A stretch of 64,000 bases of DNA, taken from the NCBI GenBank assembly GCA_001788095.1, contig MFZX01000009.1, positions 185 to 64,184 of the forward strand, given 5' to 3'. The stretch is from Candidatus Roizmanbacteria bacterium RIFCSPHIGHO2_12_FULL_37_23 (GTDB taxonomy: Bacteria; Patescibacteriota; Microgenomatia; UBA1406; HO2-37-13b). This document shows positions 48,026 through 58,287 of this stretch, piece by piece. The notes beneath the pieces were generated by a model, which was not told the DNA's origin, did no database searches, and worked only from the letters and a program-made list of their open reading frames with translations. Made by a program: the position numbers and the translations under genes. How positions within the stretch are numbered: the stretch's first letter is position 1; every line of letters starts with the position of its first letter.

Positions 48026-48081
48026 AGTTATTTGTCGCAAAGCGACGTCATAATTTCCTACTCAATTGAATTATAGCATAT

Positions 48082-48777
48082 CTAAAGTTTTTGTAAAGCC
48101 TTGCGGGCAGCCTCTTCTTCAGCTAATTTTTTGGATTTTCCTTGACCCTTTGCTAAAAGTTTTTCATCATCATAAACACCAATTTCATATTGTTTATTAT
48201 GTTCAGGACCGCTTTCATTCAAAACTTGATACCGCGGCAATTTTTTGTATCTATCCTGGTAATATTCTTGTAAAACATTTTTGGCAGGTAAGTATAATTT
48301 TTTTCGAATAATAGTATCGAGTGTATCCTTAAATAAAAATGTAGTAACAAATGTATATGAAGTCTTAAATCCTTTTTCAAGATATATGGCTCCCAAAAGT
48401 GCCTCGAAACAGTCTGCGAGAATCGAAACATTCTCTCTTCCATTATTTTCCTGTTCTCCTTTCGATAAATGTAGATATTTTCCTAGATTCAATTCTTTTG
48501 CCGCGGCATAAAGACTGGCAGTGTTTACGACTGCAGCTTTAATATCAGTATAATCACCCTCTTGATGGTCTGGATAATTACGGTATAGATGTTCAGATGT
48601 AATAAGAGATAATACGCTATCTCCTAAAAACTCAAGTTTTTCGTTTGATGGTAATGGGAAACCGGCATGTTCATTGAGGTATGAACGATGTACAAAAGCC
48701 GTTTGTAGTAATTGTTTATCTTTGAAGACAATTTTAATCTTTTCTTCAAGAACAGAAGTATCAAGTGTTTTGCTCAT
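48082..48777 (-). CDS. rnc: Ribonuclease III
   Basis: HRSY, NEKLEFLGDSVL, ADCFEA, C-terminal dsRBD. Confidence 0.96.
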   Translation of the reverse strand: MSKTLDTSVLEEKIKIVFKDKQLLQTAFVHRSYLNEHAGFPLPSNEKLEFLGDSVLSLITSEHLYRNYPDHQEGDYTDIKAAVVNTASLYAAAKELNLGKYLHLSKGEQENNGRENVSILADCFEALLGAIYLEKGFKTSYTFVTTFLFKDTLDTIIRKKLYLPAKNVLQEYYQDRYKKLPRYQVLNESGPEHNKQYEIGVYDDEKLLAKGQGKSKKLAEEEAARKALQKL

Positions 48778-49123
48778 CAGTTTCATAAATTTTCCCAAGC
48801 ACTGCATTTATAAATGATGGGGATTTCTCTCCTCCTAGCTCTTTGCCAAGTTCGACAGCCTCGTTGATAACAACTTTTGGTGGTGTTTTCCGCTCAATAA
48901 GTAACTCGAATAATGCGAGTCGAAGTATAGATAGATCTACTCGTGCAATCTTATCAACACTAAATTTCTTCGCAAATTCCTCAATGTGTTTATCAATTTG
49001 TACTGAATGCTTGAGAATTTCCTGAGTGCGCTCTGTTAATTGGATTTTGCTTTGGTCGTTTTTATACATTGATGCGTAAAGATTCTGAACAGTTTTGACT
49101 CTACGTAGATGTCGTCTATCCAT
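48761..49123 (-). CDS. nusB: Transcription antitermination factor NusB
   Basis: VDLSILRLA, VVINEAVELGK, FINAVLG. Confidence 0.95.
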   Translation of the reverse strand: MDRRHLRRVKTVQNLYASMYKNDQSKIQLTERTQEILKHSVQIDKHIEEFAKKFSVDKIARVDLSILRLALFELLIERKTPPKVVINEAVELGKELGGEKSPSFINAVLGKIYETDEQNT

Positions 49124-49129
49124 TATAGT

Positions 49130-49279
49130 TTATTTTCCGCAATGTGGACACACCCGGTGCGATAATTTAGGTTTATTGCAGTTTTTACATACAACATATT
49201 GACCTAAAGATATCTTCCGAGCCGTTCGTCGCTTACCTTTTCGACGTGTAGAGTGCTTGCGTTTTGGTACTGGAGCCAT
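49130..49279 (-). CDS. rpmF: 50S ribosomal protein bL32 (zinc-binding form)
   Basis: Not in ORF track. Manual translation MAPVPKRKHSTRRKGKRRTARKISLGQYVVCKNCNKPKLSHRVCPHCGK. Confidence 0.95.
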   Translation of the reverse strand: MAPVPKRKHSTRRKGKRRTARKISLGQYVVCKNCNKPKLSHRVCPHCGK

Positions 49280-49319
49280 AGAGGGTATTGTACAGACAAA
49301 TGTGAAATTTTACAAGATG

Positions 49320-51398
49320 TTAATCTCTCGATATATGATCAATCTTATATTTCATGATTCGTTCTTCAAGAAACGGGAAGTCTTTTAGTGCATATGAAGA
49401 TTCCAGAAATGTCTTGACGGTCTTCTGCGCTTGTCTAATGAGTTGTGTATCTGAAAGTGAAGCAATATTGAGTCTATCTATGCCATGCTGTTGCGTTCCA
49501 AATATATTACCCGCTCCTCGATGCTTGAGATCATATTCTGCAAGTTTGAACCCATCATAGACTTTTGAAAACATCTCAAGTCTTGTACGAATATTTTCAG
49601 CATTTTGCTCAGTAAATAATAAACAATATGATTGCTTATCTGATCTTCCTACTCGTCCGCGGAGTTGGTGTAGTTGAGCCATACCAAACCGTTGGGCAGC
49701 TTCAATCATCATGATGGTAGCATTAGGGATATCGATACCAACCTCAACAACAGGAGTCGAAACAAGAATATCAATTTTTCCTTTTGCGAAGTCAGATATA
49801 ACAGTATCTTTTTCATTTGATTTCATACGACCATGTAAAAGTCCAAGCTTAAGATCTATGAAGATTTCTTTTGATAATCTTTCAAATTCAGCTTTTACAG
49901 CTTTAACATTTTGCATACTTTCTGAGGAGGATTCTTCTATAAGTGGGCAAACAATAAAAACTTGAGCCTTGTTATGCTTAACTTCTTTTGTAATCCAATT
50001 ATATGCATCCTGTCTTTTCGAAGGTAGAACACAGTACGTTTTTATCTTTAGACGTCCTTGTGGAAGTTCATCGATTATCGATACATCGAGTTCCCCATAG
50101 AGAGTCAACATGGCTGTACGAGGTATAGGAGTAGCAGTCATTGAGAGAAGATGAGGATTAATACCCTGCTCTTTAAGTTTAGCTCTTTGAATAACGCCAA
50201 ATTTATGCTGCTCGTCTACGACAACGTATCCTATATTATCAAAACTGTTTTTACCGGAAATAAGCGCATGTGTACCAATAATTATTGATGCTTTGTCAAG
50301 CTCATTTTTCGATACTTTTTTATTTGAGGTAATAAGTACGGTGTGCGGTCTTAGATTTTTTTTGAGATTTTCAAACACTTTTTGCACACTCGCGTAATGT
50401 TGTTGTGCTAGGATTTCAGTTGGTGCCATAAAAAGGGTTTTATAACCATTGAGAAACGCGAGGAAAGCACCAAACGCAGAAACTACTGTTTTACCACTTC
50501 CTACATCACCTTGTAGCAACCTGTTCATCGGGGTAGATGAGGAAAGATCGTTGATAATCTCAGAAACACATCGTTTCTGTGCTTTAGTTAACGAAAACGG
50601 TAAGCTTTTTTCGAATGTTTTTAATAGTTTTTCATAAGGTTTCAATTTGAATGCATTTCCTATAACATCTTTTTTCCATTCCTGTCGAATGAGAGTAGAT
50701 GATAACTGAATAATAAATAGCTCATCAAAGGATAAGCGGTTTCGAGCAGCCTCTAGGCCATTTTTATTACTTGGAAAATGAATTTGAGCGTATGCTTTCT
50801 GCTCTTCGATCATTTTGAGGTTTTTTAACAAAGGAACTGGAAGAATGTCTTGAATGTCATCACCATACATGAATAACACATAATATATTTTTTCACGAAT
50901 TGTTTTCGTTGAAAGGCCGCGTGTTTGAGGGTAAATCGGAACTATGCGTCCAGAATGCACGGTTTCATCAGATAAACCCTTGAGTATTTCAAATTCTTCA
51001 GCCTGGAAGCTTAGTGTACCCTTAAATGATTTTATTCCCCCTGCGAGAGATACGATGGTTCCAGGCTTTAAAATTTCTCTTAAGTAAGGTTGATTGAACC
51101 ATGCTACCTCTATTTCACCAGAACTATCATACACTTTTGCTTTTTGTATAGTAAACCGTCGACGTGTATAAATATTTTCACATGTCCTTACTATGGCTTT
51201 TATCGTAACCTTTTGCTGCGCATAGATTATATTATCGAGATCAGTAATTCTGATAATTGTGGAATAATCCTCATGCCGTAAAGGAAAATAGTTAAGGAGT
51301 TCAAAAAACGTAGTTATTCCTAGTTTATGAAAAATATGAAAAGTTCTTGGCGCAGTTCGTGGGAGTAAAGAAATGGACTGATTAAGCGCTTGAATCAT
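49320..51398 (-). CDS. recG: ATP-dependent DNA helicase RecG
   Basis: RLLQGDVGSGKT, DEQHKFG, TATPIPRT, QLHQLRGRVGR, G..QHG. Confidence 0.97.
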   Translation of the reverse strand: MIQALNQSISLLPRTAPRTFHIFHKLGITTFFELLNYFPLRHEDYSTIIRITDLDNIIYAQQKVTIKAIVRTCENIYTRRRFTIQKAKVYDSSGEIEVAWFNQPYLREILKPGTIVSLAGGIKSFKGTLSFQAEEFEILKGLSDETVHSGRIVPIYPQTRGLSTKTIREKIYYVLFMYGDDIQDILPVPLLKNLKMIEEQKAYAQIHFPSNKNGLEAARNRLSFDELFIIQLSSTLIRQEWKKDVIGNAFKLKPYEKLLKTFEKSLPFSLTKAQKRCVSEIINDLSSSTPMNRLLQGDVGSGKTVVSAFGAFLAFLNGYKTLFMAPTEILAQQHYASVQKVFENLKKNLRPHTVLITSNKKVSKNELDKASIIIGTHALISGKNSFDNIGYVVVDEQHKFGVIQRAKLKEQGINPHLLSMTATPIPRTAMLTLYGELDVSIIDELPQGRLKIKTYCVLPSKRQDAYNWITKEVKHNKAQVFIVCPLIEESSSESMQNVKAVKAEFERLSKEIFIDLKLGLLHGRMKSNEKDTVISDFAKGKIDILVSTPVVEVGIDIPNATIMMIEAAQRFGMAQLHQLRGRVGRSDKQSYCLLFTEQNAENIRTRLEMFSKVYDGFKLAEYDLKHRGAGNIFGTQQHGIDRLNIASLSDTQLIRQAQKTVKTFLESSYALKDFPFLEERIMKYKIDHISRD

Positions 51399-51419
51399 GA
51401 TGACGTGATAACCCGCGCT

Positions 51420-51545
51420 TTATCTGAGCGAATAAATAAGTAAAGGTAGTAGTGAGGTTGAAATAAGCAAAATAGTTGAAATCACAATAACTATTTTCAT
51501 AAGCAGTTGCTTATTTGTAATAAGTTTTTTGAATCTTCTAAACAT
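51420..51545 (-). CDS. Small single-TM protein (41 aa)
   Basis: Manual translation MFRRFKKLITNKQLLMKIVIVISTILLISTSLLPLLIYSLR; basic N-terminus plus hydrophobic helix. Confidence 0.6.
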   Translation of the reverse strand: MFRRFKKLITNKQLLMKIVIVISTILLISTSLLPLLIYSLR

Positions 51546-51601
51546 TTTAGAGATAAAAGTTAAAAATTTAGAATTGAGACCTACTATAGTATACTATACG
51601 T

Positions 51602-54157
51602 ATGCAAAACCCATCAAGACGACTACGCAGGATGAAAAGCGGGTTATTCAAGGAGAAGGTAGTCTCCTATGCGCTTAAGAGTGCTTTGATAGGAGTTGTG
51701 GCCTTTTTTCTATTAGGAATGGCTGCTTTTGCATATTTTTCAAGAGACTTACCAGAGCCAGGAAAAATTCAACGAAGAGAAGGATTCTCAACCGTTTTTT
51801 ACGATCGGAATGACAAAGTCTTATTCGAAATGTTTGAAGATAAAAATAGAATTCCCGTTGATATAGAAGATGTCCCAGAAGATCTTAAAAATGCAACGGT
51901 TGCTGTAGAAGATAAAACTTTTTTTAAACACAAAGGTTTCTCTACCCCAGGAATCGCCCGCGCAATGCTCACCATAGTATTGAGGGGACGACTTGCAGGT
52001 GGCTCAACACTAACTCAACAACTTGTAAAAAATGTTTTATTAACTCAAGAGAGAACAGTTACGAGGAAAATAAAAGAATTGGTCCTAGCTGTAGCTATTG
52101 AACGTAAATTTTCAAAGGATGAAATACTTGAAATGTATCTCAATGAGTCTCCCTATGGTGGTACATTTTGGGGTGTACAATCTGCCTCAAAAGGATATTT
52201 TGACAAGGATGTTAAAGATTTGAAGCTTGTTGAATCTGCAATTATCGCTGGTTTGCCGCAACGGCCTTCGGTTTATAATCCGGTGACTGGACAACCCGAT
52301 GCTTACAAGACTCGTGCAAAAGATGTGTTACGAAGAATGCGTGAGGATGAATATATTACACAAGCGCAGGAACAACAAGCTCTTAAGGATCTCCAGAAAG
52401 TAACCTTTGAAAAAGCTCATCTTGCTATAGAAGCACCGCATTTTGTATTTTATGTGCGAGAGTTAGTGGTAAAACAATTTGGGGAGAAGATACTTGATCA
52501 GGGAATTGAGATAAAAACAACACTTGATTCTGATGTTCAAAAAGAAGCTCAGAAAATTGTTGCAGCAGAGATCAAAAAAACCAAAGCTCTTCATGCTACA
52601 AACGGTTCAATGGTAGTGCTGGATTCACAAACAGGTGAGATACTAGCTATGGTTGGATCTTATGATTATAACGATGAAGAATTTGGTCGTTATAATACTG
52701 CAGTTGCCCACAGACAACCTGGCTCTGCTGTTAAGCCTATCACCTATGCTGTTGCATTTGAGCAAGGCTATACACCTTCTTCTGTAGTTATGGATATTCC
52801 TACAGAATTTCCAGACCAAGGGGGAAAGACATATAATCCAATCAATTACGATGGCAAATTCAGAGGTCCTTTGCAATATCGCTTTGCACTTGCAAATTCA
52901 ATTAATGTCGCAGCGGTTAAAGTACTTGCAAATGTGGGTATAAAAAATTTTCTACAAAAAGCATATGATATGGGAATGAACGATTTTGAACCTACTGATG
53001 AGAATCTTAAGCGATTTGGTCTTTCTATTACATTAGGCGGTGGTGAAACAACTTTACTTGATTTAACATCCGCGTATTCGTCTTTCGCCCGAGGAGGAAC
53101 ATACATAGAGCCAAGTTCGATTCTTGAAATAAAAAATCATAAAAACAAAACTATTTTTAAAGCAAAAAAACCATCAAGTAAAAATGTTTTATCTCAAGAA
53201 GTCTCTTTTTTAATATCGCATATTTTATCGGATAATAATGCCAGAGCTGATGCTTTTGGAACAAATAGCTACCTTAATATTCCCGGTAAAACAGTCGCAG
53301 TAAAAACAGGAACTACTAATGATAAACGTGATAACTGGACAGTCGGATACACTAATGACGTAACCACTGGAGTTTGGGTAGGAAATAACGACAATTCTCC
53401 TATGAATCCAGAAATAGCCTCAGGACTTACAGGAGCATCAAGTATTTGGCATAAAGCAATGCGAGAGTTTCTTAAGAAATATAAAGATGGTATCATAGAA
53501 AAACCAAGTAATGTAGAAGCTCTTCAAATAGATGCATTTTTAGGTGGTTTACCAAGAGAAGGACAGCCTATACGATCTGAATACTTTATTAAGGGGAGTG
53601 AACCAACTGACATTTCTCCATTCTATAAAAAACTTAAGATATCAAAAAATACAGGTAAGTTAGCCAATGAAATCGAGATCAAAGCAGGCGAATTCGAAGA
53701 AAAGGATTTTATTGTTATTGCTGAAAGCGACCCTATTTCTACTGATGGAAGAAACAGATGGCAAGAAGCGATTATTGCTTGGACAACACAACAGGCAAGC
53801 GACATATTTAGACCGCCAACAGAGCTTTCAGATACGAAGAGTGATGAAATTATCATAAGCTTTAAAGAACCGGAAGATAGCAAAAGAATTAATTCAAATA
53901 GCATTCAGGTGAAGGCAAAAATAACATCACTTCATAGCATTAAGAAGGTGGAAATTCTCGTTAATGACAATCTTGTTCAGCAATATGATGGAGATAAACG
54001 AGAGATTGATGAGCCGCTTAATTTGCCTGATGGAATATATGAAATTAAAATCCGTGCAGAAAATGTTAAAGGTACAGTTAAGGACAATCGTGTACGTATT
54101 GGTATAAACAAGGAGTGGAACGAATTGGGTTCTGAACCTACTCCAACGCCTGAATAA
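51602..54157 (+). CDS. Class A penicillin-binding protein (PBP1A-like) with C-terminal Ig-like domain
   Basis: EDKTFFKHKG, GGSTLTQQLVKN, RKIKE; SAVK, SIN, KTGT transpeptidase motifs. Confidence 0.95.
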   Translation: MQNPSRRLRRMKSGLFKEKVVSYALKSALIGVVAFFLLGMAAFAYFSRDLPEPGKIQRREGFSTVFYDRNDKVLFEMFEDKNRIPVDIEDVPEDLKNATVAVEDKTFFKHKGFSTPGIARAMLTIVLRGRLAGGSTLTQQLVKNVLLTQERTVTRKIKELVLAVAIERKFSKDEILEMYLNESPYGGTFWGVQSASKGYFDKDVKDLKLVESAIIAGLPQRPSVYNPVTGQPDAYKTRAKDVLRRMREDEYITQAQEQQALKDLQKVTFEKAHLAIEAPHFVFYVRELVVKQFGEKILDQGIEIKTTLDSDVQKEAQKIVAAEIKKTKALHATNGSMVVLDSQTGEILAMVGSYDYNDEEFGRYNTAVAHRQPGSAVKPITYAVAFEQGYTPSSVVMDIPTEFPDQGGKTYNPINYDGKFRGPLQYRFALANSINVAAVKVLANVGIKNFLQKAYDMGMNDFEPTDENLKRFGLSITLGGGETTLLDLTSAYSSFARGGTYIEPSSILEIKNHKNKTIFKAKKPSSKNVLSQEVSFLISHILSDNNARADAFGTNSYLNIPGKTVAVKTGTTNDKRDNWTVGYTNDVTTGVWVGNNDNSPMNPEIASGLTGASSIWHKAMREFLKKYKDGIIEKPSNVEALQIDAFLGGLPREGQPIRSEYFIKGSEPTDISPFYKKLKISKNTGKLANEIEIKAGEFEEKDFIVIAESDPISTDGRNRWQEAIIAWTTQQASDIFRPPTELSDTKSDEIIISFKEPEDSKRINSNSIQVKAKITSLHSIKKVEILVNDNLVQQYDGDKREIDEPLNLPDGIYEIKIRAENVKGTVKDNRVRIGINKEWNELGSEPTPTPE

Positions 54158-56135
54158 TTTTCTTTAATTCAGATTTTGCTTCTTCTTCAGTAATATTTCT
54201 GTCTTTTCGTTCAAAACTTAAGCGGAGAGTAATCTTATTTTCAAATGTATCAAGGAGAGCTATGTCAGTAATATATTTTGATGTTGCGCGAATGATTTTT
54301 ACTACCGAATCATATGGCTGTTTTTTTATCAATGGTACCGTCATATCAAGTTTTACTATTGCATAAGGATTGATCGGTTGATATGTAGAGACCGTTTGAG
54401 AGGCAGAAACAAGATTTTTCATTGTAAGCCCAGCTAAATAAAGAGGGTCTTTTAGCCCATGTCTCTCTTGGTAAGATGGTGCAATTTGTCCAATCCAACC
54501 AAAGATCGCTCCATCAGGTGTTAGGAGCTCGGCTTGGGTAGTATGCGAAAGATATGGAACTTGAGATGTTGGTTGAAATGATACAGTGATGTTACATTCT
54601 TGACATAATGCTTCAAGAATTCCTTTAATATCAGCATAAGATGTATTAGTAACTAAACCAAGTTGTTTTTCCTCATCTGGTAGGTCGTTTTTTTTAGGAT
54701 GATATACATTTGCAATTTCGAAAAAACGTAGTTGTTTTCTCTTACCTTGATTATCCTTGATATTTTGAATAAGCGAAGAAGTAAGCGAGGTGCGTAAGTA
54801 CTCTATTTCTTGAGAAATGGTATTTTTAATATGTAAATGCGCATGCACATCAAGACCAAGTGCTAAAATTTGGGCTTTTGAAATCATCGAGTAGTTATAG
54901 ACCTCATGAAGACCTAGATGTTTTAATAAATATTTGATTTTATTTTCCATTCGTAGGAGATTGTTTATATCCTGCGGTTGTTCAGCAAGGGCTGTTTGCT
55001 GGACCTTTGAAGGGATAAGATGGTATCCATATATTCGGGCGATTTCCTCAACAATATCTGCTTGAATGGAGATGTCATCGACTCGGTATGACGGAGGTGA
55101 CACTCGTATCTTATTGGTTGTACCAGAGGTTTTAAAGTTGAGGCGGTTAAGTATTGAGATGATATTTTTGTACCCAACTGGTGCTCCGATATCGCGTTGG
55201 ATATTCGAAAAACTGATGCTGAGATTTTTCTTTTGCGCCTTCTGAGGATAAGTGTCCAGAACCTTAGATGCTATCGTAGCTTCTGCATGTGTGCCAAGAA
55301 GCTCTGTACCATATACAAGTGTTGTCTCAGTCCTTTCTGGATCAAGTCCTTTTTCAAAATAAGTAACACTAGGGGTCCGTTGTCCAGTAAGCATCGAGGT
55401 CCTTCTGACAAATTTTTTGTTGAAGGATGGAACAAAAAGCAGAATATTTTTTGTCTGATCGGTGACTTCAGAATTTTGAGCACCCATGATTCCAGCTAAG
55501 TCAATCAGTCTGCCCTGAACGTCTTTGATGATGATATCATTTCCTGGAAGTATAATTTTTTTTCCATCAAGCGTGGTTATAGTTTCATTCTTCACACTCT
55601 TGGTAATAGCTATCCCAGATGCACCAAGTCGGTCTAAATCAAATACATGCACCGGCTGGCCAAAAGCAATTCGAATATAGTTTGAAATATCTACAACATT
55701 ATTTATCGGGCGTTCATCGCACAGAGAAAGCCTTTCTTGTATATACGCTGGAGATGGCTTAATAGTGATGTGAGTAAGTGCAACAGCAGTTATTCGACGT
55801 GCTAATGTTTTATCAGCGAGATGAATGATAGGTGTTGGTGCTTTACGACGTATATCTAGATAACGCAGTCTATATTTTTTAAAAGGGTCGATTTTTAAGC
55901 GGGCCTTTTTCTTGAATTGAGGCAATATAGCATAACACTCCTGTGCAATGCCGTATACAGAAGCGGTATCAATTCTGTTTGATGTAATTTCAATATCAAA
56001 CACGTAGTCGTCCCCCATTTTGATTACAGATTCAACAGAGGGCCCACAGAGCGAAAGATATTTTTGGATTTCAAAGGGATCAGCGTTTGTATCAAGATAT
56101 TCCAAAAGCCATTTATATGTAATTTTGATGTTCAT
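54138..56135 (-). CDS. pheT: Phenylalanine--tRNA ligase beta subunit (lacks B2 OB domain)
   Basis: EITSNRID, INNVVDISNY, GQPVHVFD, EEIARIYGY, LRTSL. Confidence 0.95.
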   Translation of the reverse strand: MNIKITYKWLLEYLDTNADPFEIQKYLSLCGPSVESVIKMGDDYVFDIEITSNRIDTASVYGIAQECYAILPQFKKKARLKIDPFKKYRLRYLDIRRKAPTPIIHLADKTLARRITAVALTHITIKPSPAYIQERLSLCDERPINNVVDISNYIRIAFGQPVHVFDLDRLGASGIAITKSVKNETITTLDGKKIILPGNDIIIKDVQGRLIDLAGIMGAQNSEVTDQTKNILLFVPSFNKKFVRRTSMLTGQRTPSVTYFEKGLDPERTETTLVYGTELLGTHAEATIASKVLDTYPQKAQKKNLSISFSNIQRDIGAPVGYKNIISILNRLNFKTSGTTNKIRVSPPSYRVDDISIQADIVEEIARIYGYHLIPSKVQQTALAEQPQDINNLLRMENKIKYLLKHLGLHEVYNYSMISKAQILALGLDVHAHLHIKNTISQEIEYLRTSLTSSLIQNIKDNQGKRKQLRFFEIANVYHPKKNDLPDEEKQLGLVTNTSYADIKGILEALCQECNITVSFQPTSQVPYLSHTTQAELLTPDGAIFGWIGQIAPSYQERHGLKDPLYLAGLTMKNLVSASQTVSTYQPINPYAIVKLDMTVPLIKKQPYDSVVKIIRATSKYITDIALLDTFENKITLRLSFERKDRNITEEEAKSELKKIIQALE

Positions 56136-56138
56136 ATT

Positions 56139-57188
56139 TTAAAATTGTTCTAAAAAGCGTATATCTCCACTGTATAGAATTCTAATATCATCTACGTTGA
56201 GTCCTTGTTTCATCATAAAAACCCGTTCGATACCAAAACCAAAAGCCCATCCGCTATATTTTTTGGGGTCTATTCTGCCCTCTCTTAAAACATTTGGGTG
56301 CACCATTCCTGCCCCACCAAGTTCTAACCAACCAGACTTGCACACTTTACACTTAAGGTTTTTTACTTTTCCTGTTCCTTGGCAGATATCACAGGTAACA
56401 TCGACCTCGAACGAAGGTTCCGTAAATTGAAAGTGAAAAGGACGAAGACGAATCTCTCGATTGTTCCCAAAAAAAGATCGAGCGAAATATTCGATCGTAC
56501 CCTTAAGATTTGTTATATTAATACCTGAGTCTATGCAAAGCCCTTCAAATTGATGAAACATTGGTACGTGAGTTGCATCCCAATTGGGACGATATGTTTT
56601 AGCAATATTAATCATCTTGATAGGAGGTTTCTTACTTCTTATCATTTCTCTGACCTGACCTGATGATGTATGAGGAGTAAGTACCATTTTTCCGTATTCT
56701 TTATGAGGTGGAAAATCGATAAAAAAGGTTTCGAAATCATCTCTCGCTGGGTGGTCTTTCGGCATATTAAGACTCTCAAACGAAAAATATTCCCATTCCA
56801 CCTCGCGGTATGACATTCGAATGAATCCTAGGCGTTCAAATATTTGAGAAATTTCTTCTATTGCGTACGTAACGATGTGCAAACTACCATGTGGATATGG
56901 TAGTCCGGGAAGAGTTGGATCGATATAATGCTCACGGTCTTTTTTTTGGAGTATTATCCCTCTTTTTAGGTCAATAGATTTCTGGATGAAAAATTTTAGT
57001 GTATTTACAGATTCTCCAAAAATTTTTCTTTTTTCTTTAGGGACATCTTTTATTGATAAAAGAACTTCATTGACACGCCCTTTCCTTCCTAGATAAGCAA
57101 TGTTTAGAAGATTAAGTTCTTCGATAGATGTAATCTTTTTAAGATCTTTTTCGAAGTTTTGTTTTACATGTGCTATGTCGGAGTTCAT
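56139..57188 (-). CDS. pheS: Phenylalanine--tRNA ligase alpha subunit
   Basis: HPARD, HTS, FHQFEGL, FTEPS, GWAFGFGIER. Confidence 0.97.
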   Translation of the reverse strand: MNSDIAHVKQNFEKDLKKITSIEELNLLNIAYLGRKGRVNEVLLSIKDVPKEKRKIFGESVNTLKFFIQKSIDLKRGIILQKKDREHYIDPTLPGLPYPHGSLHIVTYAIEEISQIFERLGFIRMSYREVEWEYFSFESLNMPKDHPARDDFETFFIDFPPHKEYGKMVLTPHTSSGQVREMIRSKKPPIKMINIAKTYRPNWDATHVPMFHQFEGLCIDSGINITNLKGTIEYFARSFFGNNREIRLRPFHFQFTEPSFEVDVTCDICQGTGKVKNLKCKVCKSGWLELGGAGMVHPNVLREGRIDPKKYSGWAFGFGIERVFMMKQGLNVDDIRILYSGDIRFLEQF

Positions 57189-57199
57189 ACTCGCGGAAC

Positions 57200-57550
57200 T
57201 TAAGTCTTGTTGACTTCATCAACAATTTGTTTAAAGATCTTAGGTTTCTTGACAGCAAGCAATGCAAGTATTTTTCTATCAAGCTCGATATGGTGGTCCT
57301 TCATGTGTTTTATAAAAACACTATATGTTGTTCCAAGATCTCTTAATGATGCATTCATACGTGTAATCCAAAGGCTTCTAAAATCTCTCTTTCGAAGTTT
57401 TCTACCCATGAATGCGTACTCACCAGCGTGTAGGACGGCCTCTTGAGCGGTTTTGAAAAGTCGTCTTCGCGCCATTCTATATCCCTTTGCTTGTTTAAGG
57501 ACTTTTTTATGGCGTCTTCGCGTTGTTATACCAGCTTTAATTCGTACCAT
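57200..57550 (-). CDS. rplT: 50S ribosomal protein bL20
   Basis: RRRHKKVLKQAKGY, RKRDFRSLWITR, LDRKILA. Confidence 0.98.
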   Translation of the reverse strand: MVRIKAGITTRRRHKKVLKQAKGYRMARRRLFKTAQEAVLHAGEYAFMGRKLRKRDFRSLWITRMNASLRDLGTTYSVFIKHMKDHHIELDRKILALLAVKKPKIFKQIVDEVNKT

Positions 57551-57553
57551 ATT

Positions 57554-57751
57554 TTACACTCCCAGCATTTTTTTAATCTTTGCTTTATATCTACCTGTTA
57601 GTTTTCTAGGAACGTTGAGGCTTCGTAGCTGTTTTTTTGACTTATTGCTTCTTAGATGACGAATTCCATGTCCTCGGTGAAGTATCTTTCCTGACTTAGT
57701 AACTTTAAATCGTTTAAGAGCTGCTTTTTTTGTTTTCATTTTTTGTTTCAT
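57554..57751 (-). CDS. rpmI: 50S ribosomal protein bL35
   Basis: KMKT..AA.KRFKVT.SGK. Confidence 0.97.
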   Translation of the reverse strand: MKQKMKTKKAALKRFKVTKSGKILHRGHGIRHLRSNKSKKQLRSLNVPRKLTGRYKAKIKKMLGV

Positions 57752-57753
57752 AG

Positions 57754-58287
57754 TTATTTTCTTCGAGAGATAACTGCAATGAGCACTTTTCCTTGAAAAC
57801 GTGGTTCTGATGCTGTTTGTACGTTTTCTAAAGATTGAATAAATCTATTCATTAGTTCAAATGCCATATCTCGTTTACCTAACTCTCGACCAAAAAGAGG
57901 AAGTTTGAGTCTCACTTGATGACCGTCTTGTATAAATTCCTGAGCTCTTTTTTCAAATCTTCCGAGGTCATTCTCACTGATAAAAAGTGAAATTTGCAGA
58001 TCCTTCATCTGACTCTTTTTTATTCCCTTCTTACCTTCTCTTAATTTTTTTTCCTCCTGATATTGATGTTTATGTACATCAATCGCTTTTACAACAGGAG
58101 GTGTAATACCAGGGGCAACTAAAACCAAATCCACTCCTCGCTCCCGAGCATAAGTGAATGCTTTGTCTCGAGGTAATACTCCTACCTGTTTTCCGTCTGC
58201 ATCTATAACTCGAAACTCGTCCCCACGAATTCTTTCATTAGTAATGTATGAAACTCTCGTCTTTTGGCTTCTAAATTTTCTTTCCAA
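57754..58287 (-). CDS. infC: Translation initiation factor IF-3
   Basis: NERIR, RVIDADG.QVG, DLVLVA, PPVVK, GRE; non-ATG (TTG) start in track, overlapping thrS; exact start uncertain. Confidence 0.93.
   Translation of the reverse strand: MERKFRSQKTRVSYITNERIRGDEFRVIDADGKQVGVLPRDKAFTYARERGVDLVLVAPGITPPVVKAIDVHKHQYQEEKKLREGKKGIKKSQMKDLQISLFISENDLGRFEKRAQEFIQDGHQVRLKLPLFGRELGKRDMAFELMNRFIQSLENVQTASEPRFQGKVLIAVISRRK

Noticed and set aside
48034..48046. Small hairpin GTCGC-AAA-GCGAC before rpsP
   Set aside because: A 5-bp stem alone is insufficient evidence for an autoregulatory leader.
56330..56400. CxxC...CxxC insertion in PheS
   Set aside because: Common in PheS of many bacterial phyla; not unusual.
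57189..57199. pheM-type attenuator before pheS
   Set aside because: Only 11 nt between rplT and pheS.
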